A DNA stretch of 64,000 nt from positions 864,001 through 928,000 of the forward strand of contig OZ242274.1 in NCBI GenBank assembly GCA_965207375.1. The letters run 5' to 3'. Source of the stretch: Nitrosopumilaceae archaeon (GTDB lineage Archaea > Thermoproteota > Nitrososphaeria > Nitrososphaerales > Nitrosopumilaceae). Made by a program: the position numbers and the translations under genes. The notes below the pieces were generated by a model. That model did no database searches, had not been told where the DNA came from, and worked only from the letters and a program-made list of their open reading frames with translations. Every line of letters begins with the position of its first letter. Position 1 is the first letter of the stretch. This document shows positions 9,890 to 20,221 of this stretch, piece by piece.

Positions 9890-11614
9890 ATGAATAACGC
9901 AAAATATTTCATACCACTCTTTGTATTGATTCTACTAATCCCATCAAGTTTAGTATATGCTGAATCAACAGGAGTGGATGATAAAACAAATAATGAAAAT
10001 CCACACACACTGGGGGACACAACAGGTTCAGTAGGTAATACATTACTTGATATAACAACTTTGGAATCATACAAGATACATCCAGAAATTACTGAAGAAA
10101 TGCTCGAAGTTCTCCCAGGAGAAAAAGCGCTAACTTTAGATTTTGGTGTAGCATATGACGAACTCAATCTGATAGGTTTTGGAATTGAAGAACACATAAG
10201 AGAAGAGTATGTTGAATATCTTGAAGATTTACCAATCACAATATTTGGCAAACATAATAATGCGATACGTGTAGGCATTGATCCTGAGAAACATGATAAT
10301 TTAGATGAGATTAGAGACAAATTTGATATCATGTATCCTAATGTTGAGATAATTGTAGTTCCTGCATTTGTTGAATATGTGGATAACTCTACAAATTATA
10401 ACGACAAGTTTACAAAAACATCTAAAGTAAACAAGGCAATACCTAATGGTAGGGGATCAATTACAGATACCATCAATATTGCACAACCCGCTACATTAAA
10501 CTCCATGAGTGTAAGCATTACAGTTGATCATGAAGACCATGATGAAATGTATATGAAATTAACATCGCCACAAGGAAAAGTAATAACCGTTTTTAGTAGA
10601 GAACGAGGACATGATGATGGGCTACAGACTTTTACATATTCATCTTCTACAAATTCTGGTTTAGCTAGATTAGCTGGCACCGACATATTTGGAACGTGGA
10701 CTTTGAATATTAGAGACGCTTATACTGGAAATGATATAGGTACCTTGAAAACTTGGACATTAAATTTTGATGCAACACCGGTCAAAACTACAGATGGTAC
10801 AAATACAAATGGTACTGAAAATAACGAGGAAAACCTGATTGAACAATTGCTCAACATAATTTTTGGCGATACCAAATGCAATACATTATCTGATGATTGC
10901 GTACCAAAAGTTGCAGGTAGTTACATTTCATATATTGGCCGTCAAGGTGCTGAAAGTCACAGTTCAATTGGACTTGGAGGTGTAAACACAACTGATGGAA
11001 ATTATGGCTTCCTGATTGCAGGGCATGCACCTGGACATGGGGATCTTGGCAAGATTATCGCCCATGAATTAGTTGATACCAATAGCATTGTGAGTTATAC
11101 AGATGCATTAGGAATAGTATCTATCAATAACAATGCAACTAGATCAGGGTACCTTGCAGCAGACGTTGCATTTGTTGAATATCCACAACAATGTATTACA
11201 ACAGAAGATACGTTATGTTATGGACCTGATAATTATACACCTACTGTAAAACCACTTGAGATTTTCAAATCAAATGGTAAAACATACGATGTTACAGGAA
11301 CTGACAATATGTCTCGTGGTGAATCTGTTGCTACTATAGGGTTTGCTTCAAACAAATTGCTTAAAGGAACTGTATATGATTCATTTGAGCGTATTCCATT
11401 ACCTGATGGATATTACTCATACATGGCATTAACTACTACTCGTACACAAAGTGGTGATAGTGGCGGTCCTGTGTTTACTATACCCAACAGTGATGATGAA
11501 GTAGAGTTTATGGGTATCAATTCAGTTTCTATAACAATTGGTGGTGAAACATATTCGGGGGTTGTTCCTTGGTATAGAATACAAGCAGATCTAGGTTTAC
11601 AACCTATTTCCTAA
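9890..11614 (+). CDS. Secreted S1 (chymotrypsin-like) serine protease with proprotein-convertase P domain
   Basis: Signal peptide MNNAKYFIPLFVLILLIPSSLVYA; P domain (LTSPQG, GTWTLNIRD...GTLKTWTLNF); triad LIAGH / ADVAFV / GDSGGP. Confidence 0.75.
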   Translation: MNNAKYFIPLFVLILLIPSSLVYAESTGVDDKTNNENPHTLGDTTGSVGNTLLDITTLESYKIHPEITEEMLEVLPGEKALTLDFGVAYDELNLIGFGIEEHIREEYVEYLEDLPITIFGKHNNAIRVGIDPEKHDNLDEIRDKFDIMYPNVEIIVVPAFVEYVDNSTNYNDKFTKTSKVNKAIPNGRGSITDTINIAQPATLNSMSVSITVDHEDHDEMYMKLTSPQGKVITVFSRERGHDDGLQTFTYSSSTNSGLARLAGTDIFGTWTLNIRDAYTGNDIGTLKTWTLNFDATPVKTTDGTNTNGTENNEENLIEQLLNIIFGDTKCNTLSDDCVPKVAGSYISYIGRQGAESHSSIGLGGVNTTDGNYGFLIAGHAPGHGDLGKIIAHELVDTNSIVSYTDALGIVSINNNATRSGYLAADVAFVEYPQQCITTEDTLCYGPDNYTPTVKPLEIFKSNGKTYDVTGTDNMSRGESVATIGFASNKLLKGTVYDSFERIPLPDGYYSYMALTTTRTQSGDSGGPVFTIPNSDDEVEFMGINSVSITIGGETYSGVVPWYRIQADLGLQPIS

Positions 11615-11831
11615 TTTTTTATTATTATAATAAAATAAGTATGTGTTCCCGTACTAGGGTGAATTTGTGCCTAAATCATTCCATTATGTCTGAAACATCA
11701 GGCATCTATGTTAACCACCCCGGCGCGTACCTTGATGTATCCCTATTGCGTTTCCGTTCCGTGCCTAATTATTTAGTATATCATTTATAGCTAACGCTAG
11801 CAAGCTTAATACCGGATTTGACATGTACAAA

Positions 11832-12923
11832 TCATTTCTGACGTGCCTTTTCCAATTTAGCAAGCTTGCGCTGATACAATCTTGTATTGTGTGACGAATA
11901 TGGTGTCTTTGTGTTCAGAATATGCCATGATATTGTTATCATCTTGTTTGCAACTGCAACAACTGCAAGTGCATGCTTGTCTGCATGTCGCCTTTTTGCA
12001 GATTCGTATATTGATTTCATCCTAGGGTCATGCATTACTGCTACATTTGCTGCCTCGCACATGGCCCAATTCACTATACTGTTGGTGTCTAGTTTCTTCA
12101 TCCTTCCAAGATATTTTTGATCTCCTGACTGGTGTATGGTAGGACACAGACCTGCCCATGCAACAAGTTTCTTTGGATTATCAAATCTTGAAATGTCTGC
12201 AATTTCGACTGCCAGTAGTAATGAAGTATATGTTCCCATCCCTGTCATGCTTGTCAATAGTTTGGCATACTCGTTGTTTGCTGCCTCTTGTTCTATGTAA
12301 TCATTCATTTTGGTCAATTCTTCGGTCAGATGTCTGATCTGTCGGACATATTGCTACAGAATTATTTCATCATGTATTTCATCAAGAGATACAGACTCTA
12401 GATACTGCATTGTCTTTACTGCATATACTTGTACTGTATCAATTGAGACATCATGTCTGTCTAAAAGACTGCGTACTCTGTTTATCACTCGTGTCCTATC
12501 ATGTACTATCTTGATATGCTGTCGTATCATTGCACGTATTCCTCGTATGTCTGGTTTTGGTACATAACACTCTGGAATCATATCCATTCGTAATACCTGT
12601 GCTATCTTTTGTGCATCCACCTTGTCTGTCTTTTTGCCAGTCTTGGCAATTATGGCCATCTTGTACGTATTTGCAAGCTTGATTGGTATACCTGCTGCCT
12701 CAAATTTAGCATAGGTGATATTCCACATGTTGCCTGTAGTTTCACATGCAGCACTGCATGTTTTTTTGTTTCCTGTGTATTTTCGTGCCATGGTTCCTGC
12801 AAACTTTTTAGCATCTGCTACCGTGTTCATATACTGACAGGTCTCAAGTACTCGTCCTGTACCGTTTATGACGCATACGTCACACTTTTTCTTTCCAATG
12901 TCTATTCCAATGTATGTTTTCAT
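11832..12923 (-). pseudogene. IS110 DEDD recombinase, 363 codons with one in-frame TAG at 12354-12356
   Basis: YIGIDIGK, ACETTG, KTDKVDA, HQSG motifs; the two listed ORFs are in the same frame; SD GGAGGTGA upstream. Confidence 0.9.
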
Positions 12924-12959
12924 CCTTTCTTTTCACCTCCTTACGGATGTTTTGACGGA

Positions 12960-13100
12960 TCGGAAGCTGCACACATCTATCAGGGCGCGTAGCCCAATTA
13001 CACAGCAGCTCGGATTGCCCCATTCACGACCAAGGGCGCGTAGCCCATACCTAATCAGGGGTCGATTCATCACTAGTACAGCGCAGGGGTGGTTATCATG
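12960..13100 (-). ncRNA. IS110 bridge RNA (target-binding and donor-binding internal loops)
   Basis: Two stem / internal-loop / hairpin units capped by the identical 15-mer AGGGCGCGTAGCCCA (+ strand 12982-12996, 13033-13047). Confidence 0.8.
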
Positions 13101-13164
13101 TGTTCACGACGTGAACTCATACCTCAAATGTGGTAAGATGGTCTTCACGGTGTAAAGACTGAAT

Positions 13165-13216
13165 AAATATCACACCTAAATTGGGTGCAAAACTCATGAT
13201 TTTGGTATTTTTACGC
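13165..13216 (-). repeat. Dispersed ~55-60 bp repeat, copy 1
   Basis: Reverse complement GCGTAAAAATACCAAAATCATGAGTTTTGCACCCAATTTAGGTGTG resembles 23095-23158 and 32894-32958. Confidence 0.55.
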
Positions 13217-14340
13217 TTAACTTGAATTGATACATTCCGTCAAGGTAGGCAGAAAACAAATTTGACTTTAACAGAGATGTACTAGTCATGCCTTTTGCTT
13301 TTGTAGGTGGTGCAACAACAATGGAATAAATGATGCAATGAAATTACATGTACGCAAAATCTTCTCATCAAAACGTGATTCCAGAAAACATTGCCAATCG
13401 TAACATTCCCACTTTCTAAAGTTCCTTATATAGTCAGGCAGTAAAGCATAAGGATCACCACTATCAGCATAAAATATGCTGCCAGGATTTGATCTTGAGG
13501 GAATAGATTGGAAGAATCCCGATGTCAACAGGCTTTTCGAGGTTCTTACTGAAAAATTTGATCAAATGGATAAACAAATTAAAGATCTACAAAAAGACAA
13601 TCATCTAAAAGATGTAAAAAGTGAACAAGTGATTGCAGAAAATAAACAGCTAAAAGAAGAAATGGTTCAACTAAAAAAACTCATAGCAAAACTGCAAAAG
13701 AAAAAAACAAGATCCAGTCATGTCAGTAGCTATAACACCAGAGAGTACAAGGGATACCCAAAGATCAAAAAACAAAAGACACAGCCAAAATATACACAGC
13801 AAGAATCTGAGACTAACAATCTAACCATAGATCACAAGTTTTGTCCACAATGTGGTAATGCTCTTGCAGATTCATCAAGCAAATACACCAGAAACGGTGA
13901 ATCAATAATAGACGGCAAATGGTCTAACGTCAATATGACCATTGTAGGCAGATACTGCAAAAAATGTGCACAAATGCAATATGCAAAACCTGTTGACTTT
14001 TTGTCCAATGAAAAATTTAGCATCACTATAATGGCAAGAATTTCTACAATGAGACACCTGACTATATCGTATGGCAAAATACAGAAACTCTTGCAGATGT
14101 TTTACGGCAAAAATATGGCAATCTCTACACTAGAAAGACTTGATGCGCAAGCCTCAAAATGCCTAGAACCGCTCTACTATTCGCTTCTTGATGAGATTAC
14201 CAAGGCAAAAATCGTAGGAGGTGATGAAACAGGATGGTATCTAAACGGCAAACTATGCTGGGCATGGGTGTTTCATTCGATATACACGGTAGTATATCAC
14301 ATCTCACAATCTAGAAGCAAAATGGTATCTGAGACGTTTC

Positions 14341-15868
14341 GTAAGTGTTAACGTGGTTTTTACGTCTCTAGAGGTATTTTGTCATCTCTTCTAGATAATT
14401 TAATCCAGCATTTCTCCAAGTCATCACACATGAAAACAAATTGCCCAATGTCTCCATGCTTTTTTCGGATCTAATTCCACCACGTATTTTTCTGTGTACA
14501 ACAATCTCACGCAGTGCACGTTCTGCTGTATTGTTGGTAGGAGGTATGGTAGGATCCAGCACAAACCTGAACAGGTTTGGTAGGGCTCGTCCCAGCTTTC
14601 CCATGAATCTTTTGAGATTGTGCAATGGAGTGTATGTATCAATAATCCTCTTTACACGACGATACAGATTGCGCCGTATTTTTTTGCGCCGTTTATACGA
14701 GATACGTGCAGTTATGGTATCTTTTGCATCTTCATATATTTTCTTGAGAGCCTCTTGTGCACCCAGACATTTTTTACATCCACATTTTTGTGTCTCGTGG
14801 TGCATCTCACGCATGATGTGAGCCCAACATCTCTGGATATCATATACCATGTACGGTTTGTGTCCGTCACAGATGATTGTTCCCTTCCAGTCATCTCCTA
14901 GTATCTCTTCGAGTACGTCTCTTCCCCTGCTAGGCCGTACCACATACAGTGCAGTATTTGTACCTGGAATGTAAAATACCCACGCCCATACGTTTTTGCC
15001 GTTTAGATGTATTGATGTCTCATCTATGTGTAACAGGACTGCAGCCCTGATTGCCTTTAGGAGTTGTTTTGTGGGTGCCGTTAGGCACGCACCAACCATG
15101 GTTATTATGTTGTGTGCAGAAGCTGGAGATATTTTGATTCCCCTCAAGGTCAGTGCTTCTGCGTTTCTGCGATGAGGTAGTCTGTCGATATAATTTGCTA
15201 CTGCCTGTGTTACTATATTGTTGCCATAATTGCCTTTTGTAGGAAAATCAGTCTCTGGGATTATGTCTTTTTTGCCACAGTTTTTGCATGAGCACAAATC
15301 TACATGATGACGTGTTGTTTCAGGTTGTACCTGTGGCGGTACTTCTGTAATGTCACGTATCTGTGTTTTGATAATTTTAAGATCTTTTGAGCCACACTCT
15401 GGACATTTTGCTGGCGTGTGTTGTTTGAATTTTGTAGGTTTTGGCTTGCTTGTTGCACCTTTGTGTCCCTTTGGTGCTCCTCGCTCACCTGTTGTTTTCT
15501 TGTTTTTATCCTTGTTTTTATTATCAGTTTTCTTCTTTTCTGGCATCTTGCGTGATGGTGGAGTGTGTGCGTTATCATAAAATTGGAGTTTTTTATTAAG
15601 ATCAGTGGCAATAGTTTTCAAATTGTGTATGTTGTTTTCTAACTCCTTTACTAGATCTTTTAGTTTTTTTTCGTTGTCATCTTTTTTTTGGATCATGGCA
15701 TCTTTCAACTCCATCATCTGTTCGAGTTTTAGATTCTTAGTTCGTTCGGCTTTGTAGAGTTTTTTGAAATCTGTCAATGTATGGTTTGGCTATTTGACCT
15801 CATTTAGATCATGTTGCCAAAAATTTGATCGTAAATGGTCAAAATCTAGGCACGACGTAAACACTTAC
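14341..15868 (-). mobile_element. IS66-family element (single ORF, ISBst12-like)
   Basis: TIRs GTAAGTGTT(A/T)ACGT; 8-bp TSD GACGTTTC at 14333-14340 and 15869-15876. Confidence 0.93.
14368..15777 (-). CDS. IS66-family transposase
   Basis: Coiled coil, CPEC zinc finger, HIDET, ICDG, QRCWAH, TNNTAERALR. Confidence 0.92.
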   Translation of the reverse strand: MTDFKKLYKAERTKNLKLEQMMELKDAMIQKKDDNEKKLKDLVKELENNIHNLKTIATDLNKKLQFYDNAHTPPSRKMPEKKKTDNKNKDKNKKTTGERGAPKGHKGATSKPKPTKFKQHTPAKCPECGSKDLKIIKTQIRDITEVPPQVQPETTRHHVDLCSCKNCGKKDIIPETDFPTKGNYGNNIVTQAVANYIDRLPHRRNAEALTLRGIKISPASAHNIITMVGACLTAPTKQLLKAIRAAVLLHIDETSIHLNGKNVWAWVFYIPGTNTALYVVRPSRGRDVLEEILGDDWKGTIICDGHKPYMVYDIQRCWAHIMREMHHETQKCGCKKCLGAQEALKKIYEDAKDTITARISYKRRKKIRRNLYRRVKRIIDTYTPLHNLKRFMGKLGRALPNLFRFVLDPTIPPTNNTAERALREIVVHRKIRGGIRSEKSMETLGNLFSCVMTWRNAGLNYLEEMTKYL

Positions 15869-16587
15869 GACGTTTCTAAAGGATTTTGAGGGCATACTAA
15901 TGGGTGACTCTCATCCTGGATGGAGTGTTGCAGACATACTTCAAAAATGCCTGCTACACTATTTCAGGGACATGTACAGAACGCTTGAAAAAAATGACAA
16001 AAAAGAATTTCAGAGCTTCTTTGATGAACTATACAAGATACTAAAATCTGCAATAAAGCTTGGCAAAAAACATGACACAGTACAGGACATTGCAAAGGGC
16101 AGTATAACCAAACTGCAAAAAAGAATCAATGCACTTGCTACAGGAACATATGAGGATGAAGATTGTCTCAGATATGTAAAGCGACTAAAGCGTGAGGGTA
16201 ACTCTTTGCTGACATTTCTAAAATATGATGGCGTGCCGTACCACAACAACGCAAGCGAGCAGGCAATGCGCATATTTGCCATAATGCGAAAAGTATTCTA
16301 CGGTAGTCGCTCAGAGAAAGGCCTCAAAACCACAGAGATACGTCAAAGCATATTTGCCACATGTGAAAGGCGCGATGTAAATCCGTATCCGTTTGTCAAG
16401 GAATATCTGCGTGGCAATATCAAAGAAATCCCCATGCCAAAAGTCACAGTTGCTGCATGATATAATCAAATGTACAGTGTATAATACACAAAATTTGATG
16501 CTGTATGATCATTTCTATAGTCTGGATATGTTCTGTGCCGGTTCATTGTCGTAAACTGCACTAGGGTTTTGCATGCAGTTTCATGGA

Positions 16588-17090
16588 TCATCTAAAAACC
16601 AGAGTAACTTCAGAAGGTCGATCTGTTACTGCCAATCCTACAAAGATTGGTATTGATATTAGGGCAGCATAGAATATTTTTTGTGCACGTTCAATGTCTT
16701 TTACCTGCATATTGTTTTGTTCCTGATGACTTTTAATGCATGTTATGTATTCTCGTATAAAGTTCTCGTACAGCGATTCTGGCTTGGATATAATAAACTG
16801 ACGTACGGCCTCTTCATTTATTCTGTTATTTTTGTCATCAAAGAGCATGTTATACACAATAGGCTGTCTGTATTTACGCGCCTTGTACGCATCTGACGCT
16901 GATTTTATTGTCCATACGGTAATTGACACTTCAAAGATCAGAACCGCTGCAAGTATTGACCCCATATCCTCTCTGGAATTTATGTCTGTAATGATAAATG
17001 TACCAAACCCAACAAATATGATTGAGATGATGCCAGTTGTTGTGATTAAGCTATTTGCCTTTGTGTCTAATCTTTTTTATGGTAATGTAT
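16588..17090 (-). pseudogene. Multi-TM membrane protein, 5' end disrupted
   Basis: The frame extends upstream as RLDTKANSLITTTGIISIIFVGFG but is cut by an in-frame TAA; three hydrophobic segments. Confidence 0.5.
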
Positions 17091-17353
17091 CGCTGTAACT
17101 GTTCTTTTATTTTTTGCAAAAATATGCTTGGTGACTGTGGTTCATAAGAGAGTATATGAAGACATCGATATTATTTTAAATAAACATAGCTAACTATTAT
17201 CATGTTATCTGATGACGAACTCAAGAAAAAACCATTACCTTCACTAGGTGGCATCATACGATATCACACTGTAAAAAATACAGACAAAAAAGATAGTGAT
17301 GAGGCTGGATTAACCGATTGAATTACTAAAGCAAATCTAGACTATTGCAATTC

Positions 17354-17626
17354 TTATTTGCCATGATGAGCAAGCTGAGCGCAGATCTTTTTACCGTCTT
17401 GTGTAAGATTGTACAATCTACCTTTTCTATCGTTTGGATTTAGACATTCCACCAAGTTTCGCGTGGTTAATTCTTTCAACGTTTTGCTTACGTGGGCTTG
17501 ATAATATTTTGTTTTTTCAACTATTTCAGTAGGGCACAGTGCGTTTTCTATCAAAGCCACAAGTATTGTTTGTCTATACTTGCTGGCTAGGACATAGCCT
17601 AAATCTGGATGTGGTTCTTCTTTCAT
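17354..17626 (-). CDS. Winged-helix (ArsR/MarR-like) transcriptional regulator
   Basis: SKYRQTIL...PTEI...HVSKTLKEL...KGRLYNLTQDG; divergent from mod. Confidence 0.8.
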   Translation of the reverse strand: MKEEPHPDLGYVLASKYRQTILVALIENALCPTEIVEKTKYYQAHVSKTLKELTTRNLVECLNPNDRKGRLYNLTQDGKKICAQLAHHGK

Positions 17627-17734
17627 GTATGTATCTTGTAACTAAACCATGCCTGTTCTTTTCTGAATTGTTACAGTTTATCTACAATTTAGAGATCAAT
17701 TATATATAATTTACATACAACATTATCGAGTACG

Positions 17735-20221
17735 ATGGTAAGAAGAGCAAAATCGGATAAATCAGTAAATCAATACACCCATTCAGAATCCAAAAGAACT
17801 AACAATCCCCCTGTAGGTTTAGTCACACCTGCAACAGATCCGGATCATCCAAAAAAGAGATATTCGTATGATCCTAGACTTGACCCACAACTTGTCTGGT
17901 CCGGCAAGCAGGAAAATACAGAGTTTGAGGTAGATACCGTATCACTGCATGTACATGAAAGAATCGATCCTCACACGATTCTTGAAAAGGCAATGAAGCC
18001 ACAACAATTCAAACAGGAAACAATGTTTGGCTATTTTGATTCACCAGAAAATAACCCACCATTACGTAATGCAATTGAATTTTACAAACACGATCAGAAT
18101 TGGTCAAATCGTCTCATTGCAGGTGATTCGTTGATTGTGATGAATTCGTTGTTAGAAAAAGAGGGCATGGAGGGAAAGGTACAGATGATATACATGGATC
18201 CACCGTATGGCATCAAGTATGGTTCTAACTTTCAGCCGTTTGTAAACAAGCGAGATGTGCAGGACGGTAAGGATGCAGATCTCACACAAGAACCCGAAAT
18301 GATAAAGGCATTTAGAGATACATGGGAATTAGGAATTCATTCATACTTATCTTATCTTAGAGATAGATTGATTCTGGCAAAACATCTTTTACAAGATTCC
18401 GGAAGTTGTTTGGTACAGATATCATTAGAAAACGTATCACGATTACGACTAATTATGGATGAAGTGTTTGGAACAGATAATTTTATCAGCATGATCACAG
18501 TAAAAAAAACTACATCATCTACTAGTAAAACCCTTGACTCTGTTGCAGATTATTTACTTTGGTATGCCAAAGATTTTAACAAAATTAAATATTATAATTT
18601 GTTCCAAAAAAAAGAATTCTCAATAAACAATTTTGGATATAAACATCTAGAACTTCCTGATGGCACGCGACGTTCTATGAATCAACAAGAGATTGTTAAC
18701 CCACATGCTATTCCAAATGGTTCAAAGATTTTCATGTATGGTGATTTAACATCTGCTGGTGGAAACGGTAATGTAAAATTTGAATTCGATGGTGAATCTT
18801 TTTTTCCAAGACAAGGCCATTGGAAAGTGTCCACAAATGGTCTTCAAGAATTATCTTCAAAAAGAAGAATAGGCAGACATGGTAAGGGAATAGGCTACAT
18901 ACGATATTTTGATGATTTTCCATACGTACATTTAGACAACATTTGGACAGATGCAACTAGTGGATTTTTGAAAAAAACATACGTAGTTCAAACTAATAGT
19001 AAAATAATTGAACGAGTTATGCTTATGACTACAGAACCGGGAGATCTGGTACTAGATCCCACATGTGGTTCTGGTACAACTGCATATGTAGCAGAAAAAT
19101 GGGGAAGACGATGGATAACATGTGATACCTCAAGAATTGCGATTGCGTTGAGCAAACAAAGATTAATGACCTCGTATTTTGAATATTTCCAATTATTTAA
19201 TCCAGATGAGGGAATATCATCTGGTTTCGAATATGAAACAGTTCCTCATGTCACTTTAGGTTCTCTTGCTAATAACGAAAAGCCTACAATTGAAACTCTC
19301 TATGACAAACCAAGAACAGACAAAACAAAGACTAGAATCACTGGACCGTTTACTGTAGAGACAGTTCCTGCACCAACAATAAAATCAATAGATGTGTTAT
19401 CTGACGAACTAGAAAAATTGATTACAAGTAGCACTGAAATCTCACATCAACAACAATGGCGTGACGAGTTACTCAAAACCGGAATTCGTGGTAAAGGAGG
19501 TCAAAAGATAGAGTTCAGCATGGCAGAATCACATCCAGCTACAAAGTGGATACATGCAGATGCCGAAACAAAAGAAGATTCTCCAAAGCGTGCAATGATA
19601 TCTTTTGGTCCTGAACATGCACCATTGGAACAACGACAGGTAGCACTTGCAATAGAGGAAGCTCAAACGCTTGTGCCAAAACCAAAAATCATAATATTTG
19701 CTGCAATGCAATTTGATCCTGAAGCTGCCAAAGATATCGATGAACTAAATTGGCCAGATACTACTGTACTCAAGGTAGAGATGAACAAGGATCTGCTAAC
19801 AGAAGATCTAAAAAAGAAACGCTCAAGTAACGAGTCTTTCTGGCTTGTGGGACAACCTGATGTGGAATTGCAAAAAGCAGATGACAAATTCATCATTACA
19901 GTAAATGGCTTTGATTATTACAATACAAGAACAGGTGAGGTAGAATCAGGAGGATCTTCCAACATTGCAATGTGGATGCTAGATGCAGATTATGACGGCA
20001 GAAGCCTTTATCCACAGCAAATATTTTTCCCAATGGAAGGAAAGTCAGGTGGATGGAGCAAACTTGCAAAAACTTTACAGTCTCAAATTGACGAGGAACT
20101 AATTGAAAAATATCAAGGAACAGAATCCATTCCATTTGAAGCAGGACACAACAAAAGGGTAGCAGTAAAAATAATTGACGATAGAGGAATCGAGTCATTA
20201 AAAATTATAGATCTTGAGTAA
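17735..20221 (+). CDS. Type III-like R-M DNA methyltransferase (Mod)
   Basis: IYMDPPYG followed by VLDPTCGSGTT (beta-class order). Confidence 0.9.
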   Translation: MVRRAKSDKSVNQYTHSESKRTNNPPVGLVTPATDPDHPKKRYSYDPRLDPQLVWSGKQENTEFEVDTVSLHVHERIDPHTILEKAMKPQQFKQETMFGYFDSPENNPPLRNAIEFYKHDQNWSNRLIAGDSLIVMNSLLEKEGMEGKVQMIYMDPPYGIKYGSNFQPFVNKRDVQDGKDADLTQEPEMIKAFRDTWELGIHSYLSYLRDRLILAKHLLQDSGSCLVQISLENVSRLRLIMDEVFGTDNFISMITVKKTTSSTSKTLDSVADYLLWYAKDFNKIKYYNLFQKKEFSINNFGYKHLELPDGTRRSMNQQEIVNPHAIPNGSKIFMYGDLTSAGGNGNVKFEFDGESFFPRQGHWKVSTNGLQELSSKRRIGRHGKGIGYIRYFDDFPYVHLDNIWTDATSGFLKKTYVVQTNSKIIERVMLMTTEPGDLVLDPTCGSGTTAYVAEKWGRRWITCDTSRIAIALSKQRLMTSYFEYFQLFNPDEGISSGFEYETVPHVTLGSLANNEKPTIETLYDKPRTDKTKTRITGPFTVETVPAPTIKSIDVLSDELEKLITSSTEISHQQQWRDELLKTGIRGKGGQKIEFSMAESHPATKWIHADAETKEDSPKRAMISFGPEHAPLEQRQVALAIEEAQTLVPKPKIIIFAAMQFDPEAAKDIDELNWPDTTVLKVEMNKDLLTEDLKKKRSSNESFWLVGQPDVELQKADDKFIITVNGFDYYNTRTGEVESGGSSNIAMWMLDADYDGRSLYPQQIFFPMEGKSGGWSKLAKTLQSQIDEELIEKYQGTESIPFEAGHNKRVAVKIIDDRGIESLKIIDLE

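Larger units (their letters stand above)
11706..13103 (-). mobile_element. IS110-family element (bridge recombinase) with subterminal inverted repeats
   Basis: IRs ATGTTAACCACCCC (11708-11721) / GGGGTGGTTATCAT (13086-13099); junctions match the bridge RNA guides; no TSD. Confidence 0.8.
13476..16460 (+). pseudogene. IS66-family transposase split by a nested IS66
   Basis: Removing 14341-15876 restores the frame ...VSETFLKDFEGILMGDSHPGW...; GDETGW, CLLH, NNASEQAMR motifs. Confidence 0.9.

Noticed and set aside
12354-12356. TAG as pyrrolysine or readthrough
   Set aside because: No pyl genes here, and TAG serves as a normal stop elsewhere in the window
12982-13047. 15-bp direct repeat as a mini-CRISPR
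   Set aside because: Only two short copies and no cas genes; explained as bridge RNA hairpin caps
13325-16595. TIRs for the outer IS66
   Set aside because: Only weak similarity between ~13328-13352 and ~16570-16594; no GTA start or TSD
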